Assembly (NCBI GenBank): GCA_001774945.1
Contig: MFBL01000015.1
Coordinates: 529 to 64,528 of the forward strand
Source of the DNA: Candidatus Curtissbacteria bacterium RIFCSPHIGHO2_12_FULL_41_17
GTDB lineage: Bacteria; Patescibacteriota; Microgenomatia; Curtissbacterales; GWA2-41-24
Length of the DNA stretch: 64,000 bases
Direction: 5' to 3'
The notes below the pieces were generated by a model, which had not been told where the DNA came from, did not search any database, and saw only the letters and a list, made by a program, of their open reading frames with translations. The first letter of the stretch is position 1. Each line of letters starts with the position of its first letter. This document shows, one piece after another, positions 41,594 to 52,773 of the stretch. Made by a program: the position numbers and the translations under genes.

Positions 41594-41691
41594 TGTCATT
41601 CTCGCGAAAGCGAGAATCCAGATTCTCAGTCAAGTCTTCGACCGTGAGTCCCAAAGAGACTCCGCTCAGACCGAATCGGCTGAGAATGACA
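41594..41691. repeat. GTCATTCTCGCGAAAGCGAGAATC-type palindromic element with nested hairpins
   Basis: TGTCATTCTC...GAGAATGACA terminal IR. Confidence 0.75.
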
Positions 41692-41936
41692 TGAGGGGGT
41701 CTTGGCGAAGGATTGTTCGAGCGAAGTCGAGAACTATTAAAGTATGTCAATAATAAGATTTTACTTCAAGCCTAACCGCTTAAGAATCTAACTTCTCAAC
41801 TCGACAATTCCGCTCGAAGATTATCAATTGCTGTCCGAAAGGAATTGTGATTTTGAATTTTGCCTGCCTGCCGGCAGGCAGGCACTTTAAATTTTACTTC
41901 TTGCGAAGCAAAACCTCGTAAGATCATTAAACGTCA

Positions 41937-42245
41937 ATGCCAAAAGGAAGAATCAGAGTCAAAATTAAAGCATATGATGCACGGGTAATCGATGCGGCCT
42001 GTCGTGACATAATCAATACCGCGCTTTCAACAGGCGCGAAGATTTCCGGTCCAATACCGCTACCGACCAAGATTGAAAGATTTATAGTCCTTACCAGTCC
42101 GCACACCGATAAAGACGCCCGTGAACAGTTTGAAATGAGAATTCATAAGCGTCTGATAGACATAATCGAACCAACGAATAAGACAATTGATAGTTTGACT
42201 CATTTGGACTTACCTGCCGGTGTGGATATAGAACTCAAGATGTAG
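41937..42245 (+). CDS. rpsJ: 30S protein S10
   Basis: [22 protein letters not shown]. Confidence 0.98.
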   Translation: MPKGRIRVKIKAYDARVIDAACRDIINTALSTGAKISGPIPLPTKIERFIVLTSPHTDKDAREQFEMRIHKRLIDIIEPTNKTIDSLTHLDLPAGVDIELKM

Positions 42246-42497
42246 GTTAATTTCTAATTGTCCTAATTAACCTAATTGACCTAAATAATTTAAAATTAGG
42301 AAATTGGGATTTGTTTAGAAATTATAAATTGTCAAAATGGAGGTATTAAAAACTAACAACTAAATATACAATTTAACGATTAACCACAAGCGATTTGCGT
42401 TAATCGGTGGGACACCTGAAAATCCTGAGCTCGTCGAAGGAATAATTTTAAGGTATCCTACTTTTTTAGTATTTATTTGGTGAATGAAGGAGTAAAG

Positions 42498-43310
42498 ATG
42501 ATAAATAGCCTAATGGGTTTAAAACTGAATATGACAGCAAGATTTGATAAGTGGGAACATCGTGTTCCGGTTACTTTAATCAAAGCTGATCCTAACGTCA
42601 TTCTGTCGCAAAAAGATGGAAAGGTTGAGCTCGGCTTCGGTCGAAGAAAGAAGGTAAAAAAAACCCAGAATGCGCATGTTTCGGTTGCCGGGTTTGCTCC
42701 GAGATTTATTAAAGAAGTGACAACTGGCGAATCCAATTTTGCTTCCGGAGACAAAGTTACAGTTTCAGTTTTTGAGCCGGGAGATTTAGTTAAAGTCACC
42801 GGGATCACCAAAGGTAAAGGTTTTGCCGGTGGTGTTAAGAGATGGGGTTTTGCTGGAGGACCCAAAACCCACGGTCAGTCCGACCGCCATCGTGCGCCAG
42901 GTTCCATCGGCCAAACAACAACACCGGGCAGAGTTTTTAAAGGTAAAAAAATGGCCGGTCACTTGGGTGCTTCAAAAAAAACAATAAATAATTTGGAAGT
43001 CCTTGAAGTAGACAGTGAGAACAACTTATTAGTCATCAAAGGTTCCGTGCCTGGTGCCAGAATGGGGCTTTTGCTAATCACCAAAACTGGTAAGGCAAAA
43101 GCCGTGCCTGCCGGCCCGCCTCGCGAGGCGAGCAGACAGGGATACACGCTGCCACCTTCACCAAAAGAAGATGAAAAGCAAGATAGACAAACAACAAAAA
43201 AAGAAACAAGCAAGCAAGATGAGAACCAGCAAGTAACCACAAAAGAAAATCGAAAAGGTGATAGAAAATCAGAGGAAAAGGAGAAAGAAAATGCCACAGA
43301 AAATCAGTAA
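42498..43310 (+). CDS. rplC: 50S protein L3 with C-terminal extension
   Basis: KGKGFAGGVKRWGF, HRAPGSIG, GKKMAGH. Confidence 0.97.
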   Translation: MINSLMGLKLNMTARFDKWEHRVPVTLIKADPNVILSQKDGKVELGFGRRKKVKKTQNAHVSVAGFAPRFIKEVTTGESNFASGDKVTVSVFEPGDLVKVTGITKGKGFAGGVKRWGFAGGPKTHGQSDRHRAPGSIGQTTTPGRVFKGKKMAGHLGASKKTINNLEVLEVDSENNLLVIKGSVPGARMGLLLITKTGKAKAVPAGPPREASRQGYTLPPSPKEDEKQDRQTTKKETSKQDENQQVTTKENRKGDRKSEEKEKENATENQ

Positions 43311-44046
43311 AAAGATACGCCAAAAAATATCAATTAAAAAGACACAAATAAGTCAAGAAATGCATTCAAAAAAAATAGAAAGTAACAAAATAACCAAACC
43401 AATTTCTAAAAAATTAACACAGAAAGTTAAGGTAACGACCAACTTTCCCGTTTTTGATATTAATGGTGCAAAACAAGGTGTAATAAATTTACCGAAAGAA
43501 ATTTTTGGACAAGAGCCCAATAAATTATTACTGGCACAAGCAGTAAGGGTTTATCTGGCGAATATGTCAACCCATAAATCATCGACTAAAACTCGTGCAG
43601 AAGTTCGTGGTGGAGGGACTAAACCCTGGCGGCAAAAAGGAACAGGTAGGGCAAGGGCCGGATCTATCAGATCACCACTTTGGGTTGGTGGAGGTGTAGT
43701 TTTTGGACCAAAACCTAGAAATACCAAGCTAATACTTTCTAAAAAAATGAAGAAAAGGGCCCTAATAAGCGCCCTTTCTTTTAAAAACGCCGACGGCGCA
43801 GTCAAGGTAATTTCAAATTTTGAAAAGTTGGAACCAAAAACAAAGCAGGCGCAGCAACTTCTTAACAAACTCGAAATTCATGGCAGAACATTAATAATCC
43901 TGGAAGATACAAAACCGAATGTAAAGCTTGCAACCAGAAATATTCCCGGCCTTTCTGTCGATTTGACGGCAAACCTCAATGCTTATGAAGTTCTAGCCCA
44001 CAATAATTTACTCTTTTCTAAAAGTGCAATCGAGGACATAAAATGA
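43291..44046 (+). CDS. rplD: 50S protein L4
   Basis: [25 protein letters not shown]. Confidence 0.97.
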   Translation: MPQKISKKIRQKISIKKTQISQEMHSKKIESNKITKPISKKLTQKVKVTTNFPVFDINGAKQGVINLPKEIFGQEPNKLLLAQAVRVYLANMSTHKSSTKTRAEVRGGGTKPWRQKGTGRARAGSIRSPLWVGGGVVFGPKPRNTKLILSKKMKKRALISALSFKNADGAVKVISNFEKLEPKTKQAQQLLNKLEIHGRTLIILEDTKPNVKLATRNIPGLSVDLTANLNAYEVLAHNNLLFSKSAIEDIK

Positions 44047-44417
44047 AACAAGCAAGTTTAATTGAAAAAGCTCTGCAATCCGAAAAAGCCTACAAACAGA
44101 TGACCAGCGGCATCTATACATTTGTGGTTGCGCAGTCTGCTAAAAAAAAGCAAATAAAAAAACTTATTGAAAATCAGTTTTCCGTAAAGGTTAAAAAGGT
44201 AAATATGGCCAAATTTGCCCCAAAGAGGAAAAGAATTGCCAAAAGTCGAAAAACAACAGCAGTTGGCGGAGGCAAAAAGGCCATTGTCTATCTTAGGGAA
44301 GGTCAGGAAATTGCCATGTTTATGCCCAAAAGGACAGAAAAAAATAAAAAACAGCAGTTAAAAGGCGTTAAAGAAAAAGAAACCGAGCAAGTTTCTGCAG
44401 AAGGGAAAGAACTATAG
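44043..44417 (+). CDS. rplW: 50S protein L23
   Basis: SEKA, YTFVV, KKAIVYL. Confidence 0.95.
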   Translation: MKQASLIEKALQSEKAYKQMTSGIYTFVVAQSAKKKQIKKLIENQFSVKVKKVNMAKFAPKRKRIAKSRKTTAVGGGKKAIVYLREGQEIAMFMPKRTEKNKKQQLKGVKEKETEQVSAEGKEL

Positions 44418-44540
44418 TGGTAGTCCAAATTTTTAAAAAAACTAAAATTAAATTTGAATCTGGCTTTGCCAGTTCAAATTTGTCCATTGGAGAAAGAGGA
44501 ATACCAAGGGGAAACCTTGGTTTTCCCTTGGAGTAAATAC

Positions 44541-45362
44541 ATGTCTCTTAGGGTTTTTAAACCGCAAACACCAGGACAAAGATTTAAATCAATTCTGGAA
44601 AATAAAGTAATTACTAAATCTAAACCTGAAAAGACTTTATTGATTCCTCTTCCTAAATCTTCTGGAAGATCTCATGGAAGAGTAACAGCAAAGGGTCGGG
44701 GCGGAAGACATAAAAGAAATCTAAGGTTAATCGATTTTAAGCGAGATAAAAGGGAGATTCCTGCGGTAGTTGCCGCTATCGAGTATGATCCGAATAGAAG
44801 CGCCTCAATTGCCCTTTTACACTACAAGGACGGGGAAAAAAGATATATTCTATCCCCAGTCGATCTTAAAGTCGGTGATGAGGTCGTCGCCGGCCAGAAG
44901 GTAGAGATAAAACCAGGCAATGCTCTTGAGATTGGCAAAATCCCGATTGGGACTGTTGTCCATAATCTTGAACTTATTCCCGGTCGCGGCGCACAAATTG
45001 TCAGAAGCGCAGGCACAGGCGCGATTATATCCGCAAAAGAAGGCCAGTGGGTACATGTAAAATTGCCTTCAAAAGAAATCCGCAAGATTCACGGCAAATG
45101 TTATGCAGCCATTGGTCAAATAGGCAATGAAGATTGGAAAAATATCACTTTCGGAAAGGCTGGCAAATCACGTCATTTCGGAATTAAACCCCATGTTAGA
45201 GGTGTAGCAATGGATCCAAGATCACACCCCCATGGCGGTGGTGAAGGAAAATCAGGAACAGGTATGAACCCGAAGACTCCAAGCGGAAAACGAGCTTTTG
45301 GAAAGACCAGAAAGAAAACTAAACTATCTACGAAGTTCATACTGCAAAGAAGGAGAATTTAA
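44541..45362 (+). CDS. rplB: 50S protein L2
   Basis: [22 protein letters not shown]. Confidence 0.98.
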   Translation: MSLRVFKPQTPGQRFKSILENKVITKSKPEKTLLIPLPKSSGRSHGRVTAKGRGGRHKRNLRLIDFKRDKREIPAVVAAIEYDPNRSASIALLHYKDGEKRYILSPVDLKVGDEVVAGQKVEIKPGNALEIGKIPIGTVVHNLELIPGRGAQIVRSAGTGAIISAKEGQWVHVKLPSKEIRKIHGKCYAAIGQIGNEDWKNITFGKAGKSRHFGIKPHVRGVAMDPRSHPHGGGEGKSGTGMNPKTPSGKRAFGKTRKKTKLSTKFILQRRRI

Positions 45363-45366
45363 AAAA

Positions 45367-45651
45367 ATGAGCAGATCAATCAAAAAAGGTCCATATATTG
45401 ACAAGAAGCTTATTAAAAAGGTTTTAGCCCAAAAAGAATCCGCTAAAAAAGAACCGATTAAAACCTGGGCAAGGGCAAGTCAAATTCCGCCTGAATTTGT
45501 TGGGCATACATTTGCTGTTCACAACGGACGAATTTTTATTAATGTATTTGTCTCGGAACCCATGGTAGGTCATAGATTGGGGGAATTTGCCCCTACCAGA
45601 ACTTTTAGAGGTCATGGCAAGATAACAGAAAAATCATCTGCTAAAAAATAA
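45367..45651 (+). CDS. rpsS: 30S protein S19
   Basis: [22 protein letters not shown]. Confidence 0.98.
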   Translation: MSRSIKKGPYIDKKLIKKVLAQKESAKKEPIKTWARASQIPPEFVGHTFAVHNGRIFINVFVSEPMVGHRLGEFAPTRTFRGHGKITEKSSAKK

Positions 45652-45653
45652 GT

Positions 45654-46070
45654 ATGAATCAAATTACAGCTTACGCAAAAAATATCAGAATATCCGGGCA
45701 AAAGATCTTTCTTGTGGTAAATCAAATTAAAAAAATGAAACCGACTGATGCGGTAAAAATTTTGGACTTCGTCCCTAACAAGTCGTCAAAGATTATTAAA
45801 AAAGTATTGCTCTCTGCAATGGCCAATGCCCGTAACAATTTTGGGCATAAAGATGAGTCTTTACTTATTAAAGAGATAATAATCTCAAAAGGACCGGTGT
45901 TTAAGAGGTCCCGGGCTGTTGCCAGAGGAAGGGTTCACCCTATTTTAAAAAGAACAACCCACATCAAAGTCATACTTGAGGCAGAAGAGACTAAAGAAGT
46001 ACCAAAGGCACCAGAAGTATCAAAAGGCGAAGACCCGAAATCAAATATTAAAAATCAAAAATCAAAATGA
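45654..46070 (+). CDS. rplV: 50S protein L22 with repeat-derived tail
   Basis: SAMANARNN, KR..ARGR..ILKRTTHI. Confidence 0.96.
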   Translation: MNQITAYAKNIRISGQKIFLVVNQIKKMKPTDAVKILDFVPNKSSKIIKKVLLSAMANARNNFGHKDESLLIKEIIISKGPVFKRSRAVARGRVHPILKRTTHIKVILEAEETKEVPKAPEVSKGEDPKSNIKNQKSK

Positions 46071-46100
46071 CAAATCAAAATTCAAAAATATTTTTAAATA

Positions 46101-46151
<51 letters not shown>

Positions 46152-46790
46152 GTGGGCCAAAAGGTTAATCCAATTGGATTTAGATTAGGAAACGTCTATA
46201 CTTGGAGCTCTAGATGGTTTGCTTCTGGTAAAATCTACTCCCAGTATCTTTTAGAAGATCGCCAACTTCGTCAGTTTCTAATGTTAAGACTAAAAAGTGC
46301 TGGTATTGCAAAAGTCGAAATTGAACGATCATTTGACAAAAGAACAATTATTGTTCATGTTTCCCGTCCCGGAATTGCTATTGGTCGCGGCGGAACAGGG
46401 ATCGAGCAGTTAAAAGAAGAATTGATTAAAAAATTTAAAATCCAAGACCCCAAAAAATTAGAAATAAAATTTGAAGAAATTAAAAATCCAGACTTGGATG
46501 CTTATCTTATTGCTGCAAACGTTGCAGACCAGCTGGAGAGAAGAATCCCATTTAGAAGAGTAATCAATCAAGCCTTAGAAAGGATAAAAAGATCCGGAGC
46601 AAAAGGAGCCAGAATATCAGTTTCAGGCAGGCTTGGCGGTTCAGAAATTGCCAGAACCGAAACTTTAAAATTTGGGGCGATTCCACTCCATACGATTCGG
46701 GCAAATATTGATTTTGCCAAAATAGATGCAAAAGTGCCCAAATCAGGAGTAGTAGGAGTTAAATCCTGGATTTATAAGGGCGAAACATAG
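46152..46790 (+). CDS. rpsC: 30S protein S3
   Basis: MGQKVNPIGFRLG, GRLGGSEIARTE. Confidence 0.98.
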   Translation: MGQKVNPIGFRLGNVYTWSSRWFASGKIYSQYLLEDRQLRQFLMLRLKSAGIAKVEIERSFDKRTIIVHVSRPGIAIGRGGTGIEQLKEELIKKFKIQDPKKLEIKFEEIKNPDLDAYLIAANVADQLERRIPFRRVINQALERIKRSGAKGARISVSGRLGGSEIARTETLKFGAIPLHTIRANIDFAKIDAKVPKSGVVGVKSWIYKGET

Positions 46791-46797
46791 TTTCGTC

Positions 46798-46853
46798 CTT
46801 GCGAGAATTTCGCTTCTATTGAAATAGCTTTTTCAATAGAGCTCCATTCTTTA
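46798..46853 (+). repeat. Family A hairpin element
   Basis: CTTGC GAGAAT...TCTATTGAAA/TTTCAATAGA...ATTCTT TA. Confidence 0.6.
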
Positions 46854-46958
46854 AAAAGCAACTATTATGAGAAGTAATAATTGGAAATTGGAAATTACTC
46901 GCCGCAAGCGAGTTTCGAGTCGAAATGGAAATTGGAAATTCCTCCGAAGGAGGGTTAT

Positions 46959-47363
46959 ATGCTAGCGCCAAAACGAGCAAAATATCGAAAGCAATTCAGA
47001 AACAACATAAAAGGTTTATCAAGATCCAGAACTTCTCTTGTATTTGGGTCTTGGGGTTTAAAGAGTTTAGAGCTTGGATGGATTACTGCAAGGCAGATTG
47101 AGGCCGCACGAAGAGCTATGACTCATTATACAAAAAGAGGAGGTAGAATTTGGATTAGAGTTTTTCCGGATAAACCCGTGACAAAAAAGCCATCAGAAAC
47201 AAGAATGGGTTCCGGAAAAGGTGATGTTGATCATTATGTAGCTGTAGTAAAACCCGGAACTATAATTTTTGAAATGGGAGCTGTTACAAATGAGACAGCA
47301 AATGAGGCAATGAGACTCGCATCTCATAAATTACCCATTAAAACATTAATTATCTCAAAATGA
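46959..47363 (+). CDS. rplP: 50S protein L16
   Basis: [23 protein letters not shown]. Confidence 0.98.
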   Translation: MLAPKRAKYRKQFRNNIKGLSRSRTSLVFGSWGLKSLELGWITARQIEAARRAMTHYTKRGGRIWIRVFPDKPVTKKPSETRMGSGKGDVDHYVAVVKPGTIIFEMGAVTNETANEAMRLASHKLPIKTLIISK

Positions 47364-47608
47364 AAAAAAAGGATTTAATGGAACTTAAAAATAAAAATAT
47401 TGAAGAGATCCAGAAAAAAATTGATCAGTTGGTAAGTGAAATCGTAGTCAACAAGCTCGAATTAAAAATGGGAAAGTTAAAGAATGTACATCTAATAAGT
47501 AAAAAAAAGAAGGATCTGGCACGTCTCGAAACTATTTTAAAACTTAAATATTTTGCGATAAAACCTAACATATCTGAAAAGAAAGTAAAGAAAAATGTCA
47601 CAAGTTAA
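47360..47608 (+). CDS. rpmC: 50S protein L29
   Basis: Position; [11 protein letters not shown]. Confidence 0.9.
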   Translation: MKKKDLMELKNKNIEEIQKKIDQLVSEIVVNKLELKMGKLKNVHLISKKKKDLARLETILKLKYFAIKPNISEKKVKKNVTS

Positions 47609-47825
47609 AACGGGAACTGTAATTTCCAACAAAATGCCAAAAACTGTGGTGGTAAAGGTTTTGGTAAAGACAAAACACCCTCTTTATAAAAAGATGATTA
47701 CTAAAACTAAAAATTTTAATGCTTATAATGATCGCCAGTTGGCAATCGGTCAAAAAGTCAAAATAATTGAAACCAGACCACTTGCCAAACAAGTACATTT
47801 TAAAATCCTGGAGGTTTTAGACTAA
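47595..47825 (+). CDS. rpsQ: 30S protein S17
   Basis: [19 protein letters not shown]. Confidence 0.96.
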   Translation: MSQVKTGTVISNKMPKTVVVKVLVKTKHPLYKKMITKTKNFNAYNDRQLAIGQKVKIIETRPLAKQVHFKILEVLD

Positions 47826-47826
47826 T

Positions 47827-48198
47827 ATGCTTTCGGTAAGATCAAAACTGACAGCAGCAGATAATAGCGGTGCAAAAATCCTAGTGATTATAGGAATCGG
47901 TAAAGGTACCAAAAGACGATTTGCGAAACTGGCAGATGTTGTAACCTGTACTGTTAGAGGGGCAATTCCTACTGGTACAGTCAAAGATCACGAGATAGTC
48001 AAAGCAGTTGTTGTTAGAACTAAAAAGGAAACTAGACGTAAAGACGGTTCATATATCAGGTTTTCCGATAATGCAGCGGTTATAATTGATTCTCCGTCAA
48101 ATGCCCCTCGCGGGACAAGAATATTTGGCCCTGTGGCGGTTGAAGTTAAAGAAAATGGTTTTACGAAAATCGCATCACTGGCAAAGGAGGTTGTTTGA
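47827..48198 (+). CDS. rplN: 50S protein L14
   Basis: [24 protein letters not shown]. Confidence 0.98.
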   Translation: MLSVRSKLTAADNSGAKILVIIGIGKGTKRRFAKLADVVTCTVRGAIPTGTVKDHEIVKAVVVRTKKETRRKDGSYIRFSDNAAVIIDSPSNAPRGTRIFGPVAVEVKENGFTKIASLAKEVV

Positions 48199-48199
48199 A

Positions 48200-48508
48200 A
48201 TGTTCAAATTCAAAGTTGGTGATGAAGTTTTGGTAAGTGCGGGAAAGGATAAAGGTAAAAAGGGAAAGATCGGCAAAATTTTTCCAAAAGAAAGTAAGGT
48301 ATTAATAGAATCAATTAATATAATTAAAAAACATAAAAAGGTTTCAAAAGGTCAGTCTAGCGGAATTTATGAAATTTCCAGGTCAGTTTCAGTTGCCAAA
48401 GTATCATTAATTTGTCCAAAATGCGGCAAACAAACACGAATAGGTTTTTTAATTGAAGCGGGCAAAAAAAATCGAATCTGTAAAAAATGTAAAGGAATAC
48501 TCAAATGA
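48200..48508 (+). CDS. rplX: 50S protein L24
   Basis: GDEV.V.AGKDKGKKG. Confidence 0.96.
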   Translation: MFKFKVGDEVLVSAGKDKGKKGKIGKIFPKESKVLIESINIIKKHKKVSKGQSSGIYEISRSVSVAKVSLICPKCGKQTRIGFLIEAGKKNRICKKCKGILK

Positions 48509-49047
48509 CCAATCTATATTCGAAATTTCAGACAGAAGTCACACCAAAACTAAAAGAGGAATTTGGTCTAAAAAATGATTTATCAGTGCCTATAATTGAA
48601 AAAATTACTGTTAACGTGGGAGTAGCTGATGCTTTAATTAATAAAGATGTAATCGGGAAAGTGACTGAACAGATTTCTCTTATTTCTGGGCAAAAACCTA
48701 AATGGACAAAAGCCAAAAAGGCAATCGCCGGTTTTAAATTAAGACAAGGAGATGTTATCGGTGTAAAGGTGACTTTAAGAGGCAAGAAAGCCTGGCAATT
48801 TTTAGAGAGGCTGATCAGAGTAGCAATCCCCAGAATTCGAGATTTTAGGGGTATCTCCCAATCAAAATTTGATAAGGATGGTAATTATACACTTGGGTTA
48901 ACAGAACAGATAATTTTTCCCGAAATAGAGTATTCAAAAATAGATAAAATTAGAGGTTTGTCAGTAACAATTTCGATAAAAAATACAAACCCTGAAAAAT
49001 CGAAAAGAGTACTTGAGCTTTTAGGATTACCATTTAAAAACGAATAA
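48505..49047 (+). CDS. rplE: 50S protein L5
   Basis: [18 protein letters not shown]. Confidence 0.98.
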   Translation: MTNLYSKFQTEVTPKLKEEFGLKNDLSVPIIEKITVNVGVADALINKDVIGKVTEQISLISGQKPKWTKAKKAIAGFKLRQGDVIGVKVTLRGKKAWQFLERLIRVAIPRIRDFRGISQSKFDKDGNYTLGLTEQIIFPEIEYSKIDKIRGLSVTISIKNTNPEKSKRVLELLGLPFKNE

Positions 49048-49052
49048 ATTTT

Positions 49053-49238
49053 ATGGCGAAAAAATCAAAAATAATTAAAAATGACAAGAAGCAAAAATTT
49101 TACGTACGATATGTTAATAGATGTAAAATTTGCGGTCGACCTCGCGCTTATATGAGAAAATTCGGACTTTGTAGGCTATGTTTTAGAGAATTAGTTCACA
49201 AAGGAGAAATTCCGGGAGTCAAAAAAGCTTCCTGGTAA
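49053..49238 (+). CDS. rpsN: 30S protein S14 (Zn-binding type Z)
   Basis: [23 protein letters not shown]. Confidence 0.97.
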   Translation: MAKKSKIIKNDKKQKFYVRYVNRCKICGRPRAYMRKFGLCRLCFRELVHKGEIPGVKKASW

Positions 49239-49247
49239 AAGAGATAT

Positions 49248-49622
49248 ATGGATCCAGTTTCAGATATGCTTGTTGCCATTAAAAATGGCTATATGGCAAA
49301 AAAATCTAGCGTTGCTGTTCCCTTTTCTAAATTCAAACAAGAAATAGCAAAATTATTAGAGAGAGAAAATATTGTAGGTAAAACTACTAAAGAAAATTCA
49401 CATATAATGATTGAACTTCAATATGAAAATCAAAAACCTAAAATAACTCAAATTGAAAGAATTTCTAAACTTGGATTGCGGGTATATAAAAAAAGCAAAA
49501 ATATTAAAAGAGTAAAGGGAGGTAAAGGTATATCAATCGTTTCCACATCAAAAGGGTTGATGACCGGTGACCAAGCAAAAGCTAAAAAATTGGGAGGCGA
49601 AATAATTTGCCGGATTTGGTAA
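49248..49622 (+). CDS. rpsH: 30S protein S8
   Basis: DPVSDML, STSKGLMT, GGEIIC. Confidence 0.97.
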   Translation: MDPVSDMLVAIKNGYMAKKSSVAVPFSKFKQEIAKLLERENIVGKTTKENSHIMIELQYENQKPKITQIERISKLGLRVYKKSKNIKRVKGGKGISIVSTSKGLMTGDQAKAKKLGGEIICRIW

Positions 49623-49627
49623 AAAAT

Positions 49628-50179
49628 ATGTCTAAAATAGGAAAGCTACCGATAATAATTCCAAAAGACGTAAGAGTAAGTATTATAGATTCTCAGGTTA
49701 AAGTTGTGGGCCCAAAGGGAGAACTGGTGTTTGGATTTCATGGGCAAATAAAAGTAGAAATTTCAGAAGATAAAGTGGTAATTTCCCGTAAAGATGAAAC
49801 TAAATTTACCAAATCATTGCACGGTTTAACCCGAAGTATTATTGCTAACATGATTAAGGGAGTAACAGTTGGGCACCAAAAGACTCTCGAATTAATTGGA
49901 GTTGGTTATCGGGCTGCAAAACAGGGTGATGATTTAGTTTTAAATGTAGGTTATTCTCATCCGGTAATTATTCCAAAGACCCCGGGAGTAGATATGGAAA
50001 CTCAAGAAAATAAAATAATTGTTTCCGGTTCTGATAAAGCAGTTGTCGGTGAAATTGCAGCGAGAATCAGAAAAGTAAGGCCACCGGAGCCATACAAAGG
50101 AAAAGGTATCAAATATTTCGGTGAAATCATAAGAAAAAAAGCCGGAAAAACTGTTAAAGCAGTAGGGGGTAGTATTTGA
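49628..50179 (+). CDS. rplF: 50S protein L6
   Basis: [21 protein letters not shown]. Confidence 0.98.
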   Translation: MSKIGKLPIIIPKDVRVSIIDSQVKVVGPKGELVFGFHGQIKVEISEDKVVISRKDETKFTKSLHGLTRSIIANMIKGVTVGHQKTLELIGVGYRAAKQGDDLVLNVGYSHPVIIPKTPGVDMETQENKIIVSGSDKAVVGEIAARIRKVRPPEPYKGKGIKYFGEIIRKKAGKTVKAVGGSI

Positions 50180-50562
50180 AAGTCACAAAATCAAACGGCA
50201 AAAACCATTGGCAAAGAAGGTTAATAAGACATGCGCAAGTCCGCAAAAAAGTTATTGGGACTTCTTCTGTGCCTAGACTTGCAGTTTTCCGTTCGAATAA
50301 ACATATTTATGCACAGATCATAGATGATGCGGCTAGTCACACCATTATTTCTTTATCTGACCTAAAATTTCCAAGAGCAAAATCAAAAGAAATATCTAAA
50401 ACTAGCAAAATAAAACAGGCTTATGAGGTAGGTCTAAATCTTGCAAAAACTGCACTTTCCAAAAAAATAAAAAAGACTGTATTTGACCGTGGTGGTTACA
50501 AATATCACGGCCGAATAAAATCTTTAGCCGAAGGAGCAAGAAAAGGAGGATTGATTTTCTGA
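50176..50562 (+). CDS. rplR: 50S protein L18
   Basis: [26 protein letters not shown]. Confidence 0.97.
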   Translation: MKVTKSNGKNHWQRRLIRHAQVRKKVIGTSSVPRLAVFRSNKHIYAQIIDDAASHTIISLSDLKFPRAKSKEISKTSKIKQAYEVGLNLAKTALSKKIKKTVFDRGGYKYHGRIKSLAEGARKGGLIF

Positions 50563-51023
50563 TGGCACAAATTGCCCAAAAATACATAGAAACGGCAAAG
50601 GATTTCGAAGAAAAAGTTGTCCAAATTAATCGTGTTTCAAAAAAAACTCAAGGGGGCAACAGAATTGGATTTTCAGCATTATTAGTAGTTGGAGACAGAA
50701 AAGGAAAAGTAGGTGTAGGTAAAGGTAAATCAAGAGACGTGGCTTCCGCTATTAGAAAAGGAATAGCCTATGCCAAGAAACATTTAATAGACGTGTCGAT
50801 TATAAAAGGATCGATTCCTGCCGATATCTACATAAAAAGAGGTGCGGCCAAGATTTTACTAAAGCCAGCACCAGAAGGGACTGGCGTTATTGCCGGAGGT
50901 GCAGTCAGAGCCGTAGTTGAAGCCGCAGGTATCAGAAATATTTCAAGTAAGATTCTAGGGACTAAAAATAAAGCCTCAAATGTCTATGCTACCCTTGAGG
51001 CATTAAAAGAATTATCAAAATGA
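50562..51023 (+). CDS. rpsE: 30S protein S5
   Basis: [20 protein letters not shown]. Confidence 0.98.
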   Translation: MAQIAQKYIETAKDFEEKVVQINRVSKKTQGGNRIGFSALLVVGDRKGKVGVGKGKSRDVASAIRKGIAYAKKHLIDVSIIKGSIPADIYIKRGAAKILLKPAPEGTGVIAGGAVRAVVEAAGIRNISSKILGTKNKASNVYATLEALKELSK

Positions 51024-51466
51024 AACTAAGTAATTTACCAAAAATAAATAAAAAAAGAAAAAAAATAATTGGACGAGGATTGGGATCCGGTAAGGGTAAA
51101 ACGGGGGGAAAAGGTACGAAAGGACAAAATGTCAGAGGAAAAATTCCTATAACCCATCCTCATTATGAAGGTGGTCAAAGGCCGATTTTTAAAAGACTTC
51201 CATACAAGAGAGGTAAGGGAAATAGTAAGATTTCCAAAAAACCGATTGTAATAAATTTAAAAGTTTTAAACCTTTTGCCAAAAGGATCCATCGTGGACCT
51301 TGAATCTTTAATTAAATTCGGAATTGTTGACAAGGAAGATGCGGTACGTTTCGGGGTGAAAGTATTAGGAGATGGTCAATTAAACTTTCCTCTTGAAATA
51401 AAATTACCAATGTCCAAGAGGGCATTACAAAAAGTGGCAAAAATAAAAGACAAATCCAATAGCTAA
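51020..51466 (+). CDS. rplO: 50S protein L15
   Basis: [19 protein letters not shown]. Confidence 0.97.
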   Translation: MKLSNLPKINKKRKKIIGRGLGSGKGKTGGKGTKGQNVRGKIPITHPHYEGGQRPIFKRLPYKRGKGNSKISKKPIVINLKVLNLLPKGSIVDLESLIKFGIVDKEDAVRFGVKVLGDGQLNFPLEIKLPMSKRALQKVAKIKDKSNS

Positions 51467-51471
51467 GTCTT

Positions 51472-52773
51472 ATGAATCAATTGCAGAAGTTACTGGAAAC
51501 AATAGTTAAAATCTTCAATGTTAAGGAATTAAGGGGAAAGATTCTTTTTACTGCTTTTGTTTTTTTCGTCTTCAGGGTTTTTGTTTTTGTCCCTGTCCCC
51601 GGTGTTGATTTGGAATCCATTAAGAGATTATTTGGCGAAAATCAGCTTCTTTCCCTTTTAGATATTTTTTCTGGAGGAACGCTTGCAAATTTTTCTGTTA
51701 TGTCTTTGGGGTTAAACCCATATATCAATGCCAGTATTATTATGCAGCTTTTACAAATGGTTTTTCCCAAACTGGAAGAACTTGCCAAAGAAGGAGAATC
51801 CGGAAGGGAGAAAATAAATCAGTATACCAGATACTTGACGGTTCCGCTTACGGTTATCCAAGCATTTGGAATGTATATTCTTCTTCTCAATGCCAAGATT
51901 ATTGAAAGACTTGATCCAATTACATTAATTTCACTTGTTTTTACAATGACTACGGGAACCATACTTTTGATGTGGCTTGGTGAGTTAATTTCGCAAAGAG
52001 GTGTCGGCAATGGTATCTCCATGATAATTTTCGCAGGCATTGTAGGCAGATTACCAATAGGATTTGCCCAACAGGTTTCTGTTTTTGATCCCTCCCAAAT
52101 TAGAAACCTGGTTATCTTTGTAGCAATGGCACTACTGGTTGTAGTTTCAATAGTAATTGTAACTGAGGCAAGAAGACCTATTAAGGTGCACTATTCAAGA
52201 AGGGCGCAAGAAGGTGCTCCTTCTGCGGTATCAAGTTATATTCCCCTTAGGGTCAATCAGGCGGGGGTTATTCCAATCATTTTTGCTGTCTCATTGATTC
52301 TTTTGCCCACAACCTTCGCCAGATTTTTCGAAAGGTCACCTAATGTAGTAATTGCCAATTTTGCCCAAAGCCTCCAAAGGCTTTTTAGCCCAGACCAAAT
52401 TGTATATAACGTCACGTATTTTTTATTGGTAGTTGCCTTCACTTACTTTTACACAACAGTAGCATTCAATACCAAGCAAATATCCGAAATGCTAATGAAG
52501 CAGGGAGGGTTTTTGCCAGGGATCCGGCCCGGTTCTCCGACTAAATCATATTTAGACTTTGTTTCTTTAAGAATTACTCTCTTTGGTGCCATATTTTTGG
52601 GTTTAATCGCAATACTGCCTTCAATTGGGCAATCTTTGACAGGAATACAGACACTCCTAATCGGGGGAACTGGTCTTTTAATAGTTGTGGCAGTCATTTT
52701 GGAAACGTCTAAAAATATAGAATCTCAACTGGTAATGAGAGACTACGACACATTCCTAAGGAGGGGTATATGA
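51472..52773 (+). CDS. secY: Preprotein translocase SecY
   Basis: [29 protein letters not shown]. Confidence 0.98.
   Translation: MNQLQKLLETIVKIFNVKELRGKILFTAFVFFVFRVFVFVPVPGVDLESIKRLFGENQLLSLLDIFSGGTLANFSVMSLGLNPYINASIIMQLLQMVFPKLEELAKEGESGREKINQYTRYLTVPLTVIQAFGMYILLLNAKIIERLDPITLISLVFTMTTGTILLMWLGELISQRGVGNGISMIIFAGIVGRLPIGFAQQVSVFDPSQIRNLVIFVAMALLVVVSIVIVTEARRPIKVHYSRRAQEGAPSAVSSYIPLRVNQAGVIPIIFAVSLILLPTTFARFFERSPNVVIANFAQSLQRLFSPDQIVYNVTYFLLVVAFTYFYTTVAFNTKQISEMLMKQGGFLPGIRPGSPTKSYLDFVSLRITLFGAIFLGLIAILPSIGQSLTGIQTLLIGGTGLLIVVAVILETSKNIESQLVMRDYDTFLRRGI

Noticed and set aside
41511..41753. 80-aa ORF after tuf
   Set aside because: Translation of palindromic repeats (VILAKARIQ-type), not a credible gene.
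41918..41935. Duplicate tuf end (KIIK)
   Set aside because: Three codons match, no stop, far from tuf.
42326..42342. Duplicate rpsJ end (IVKM)
   Set aside because: Too weak, no stop codon.
46854..46877. Duplicate of rpsC end (KSNYYEK* vs KSWIYKGET*) after family A element
   Set aside because: Only 3 residues match; not distinguishable from chance.
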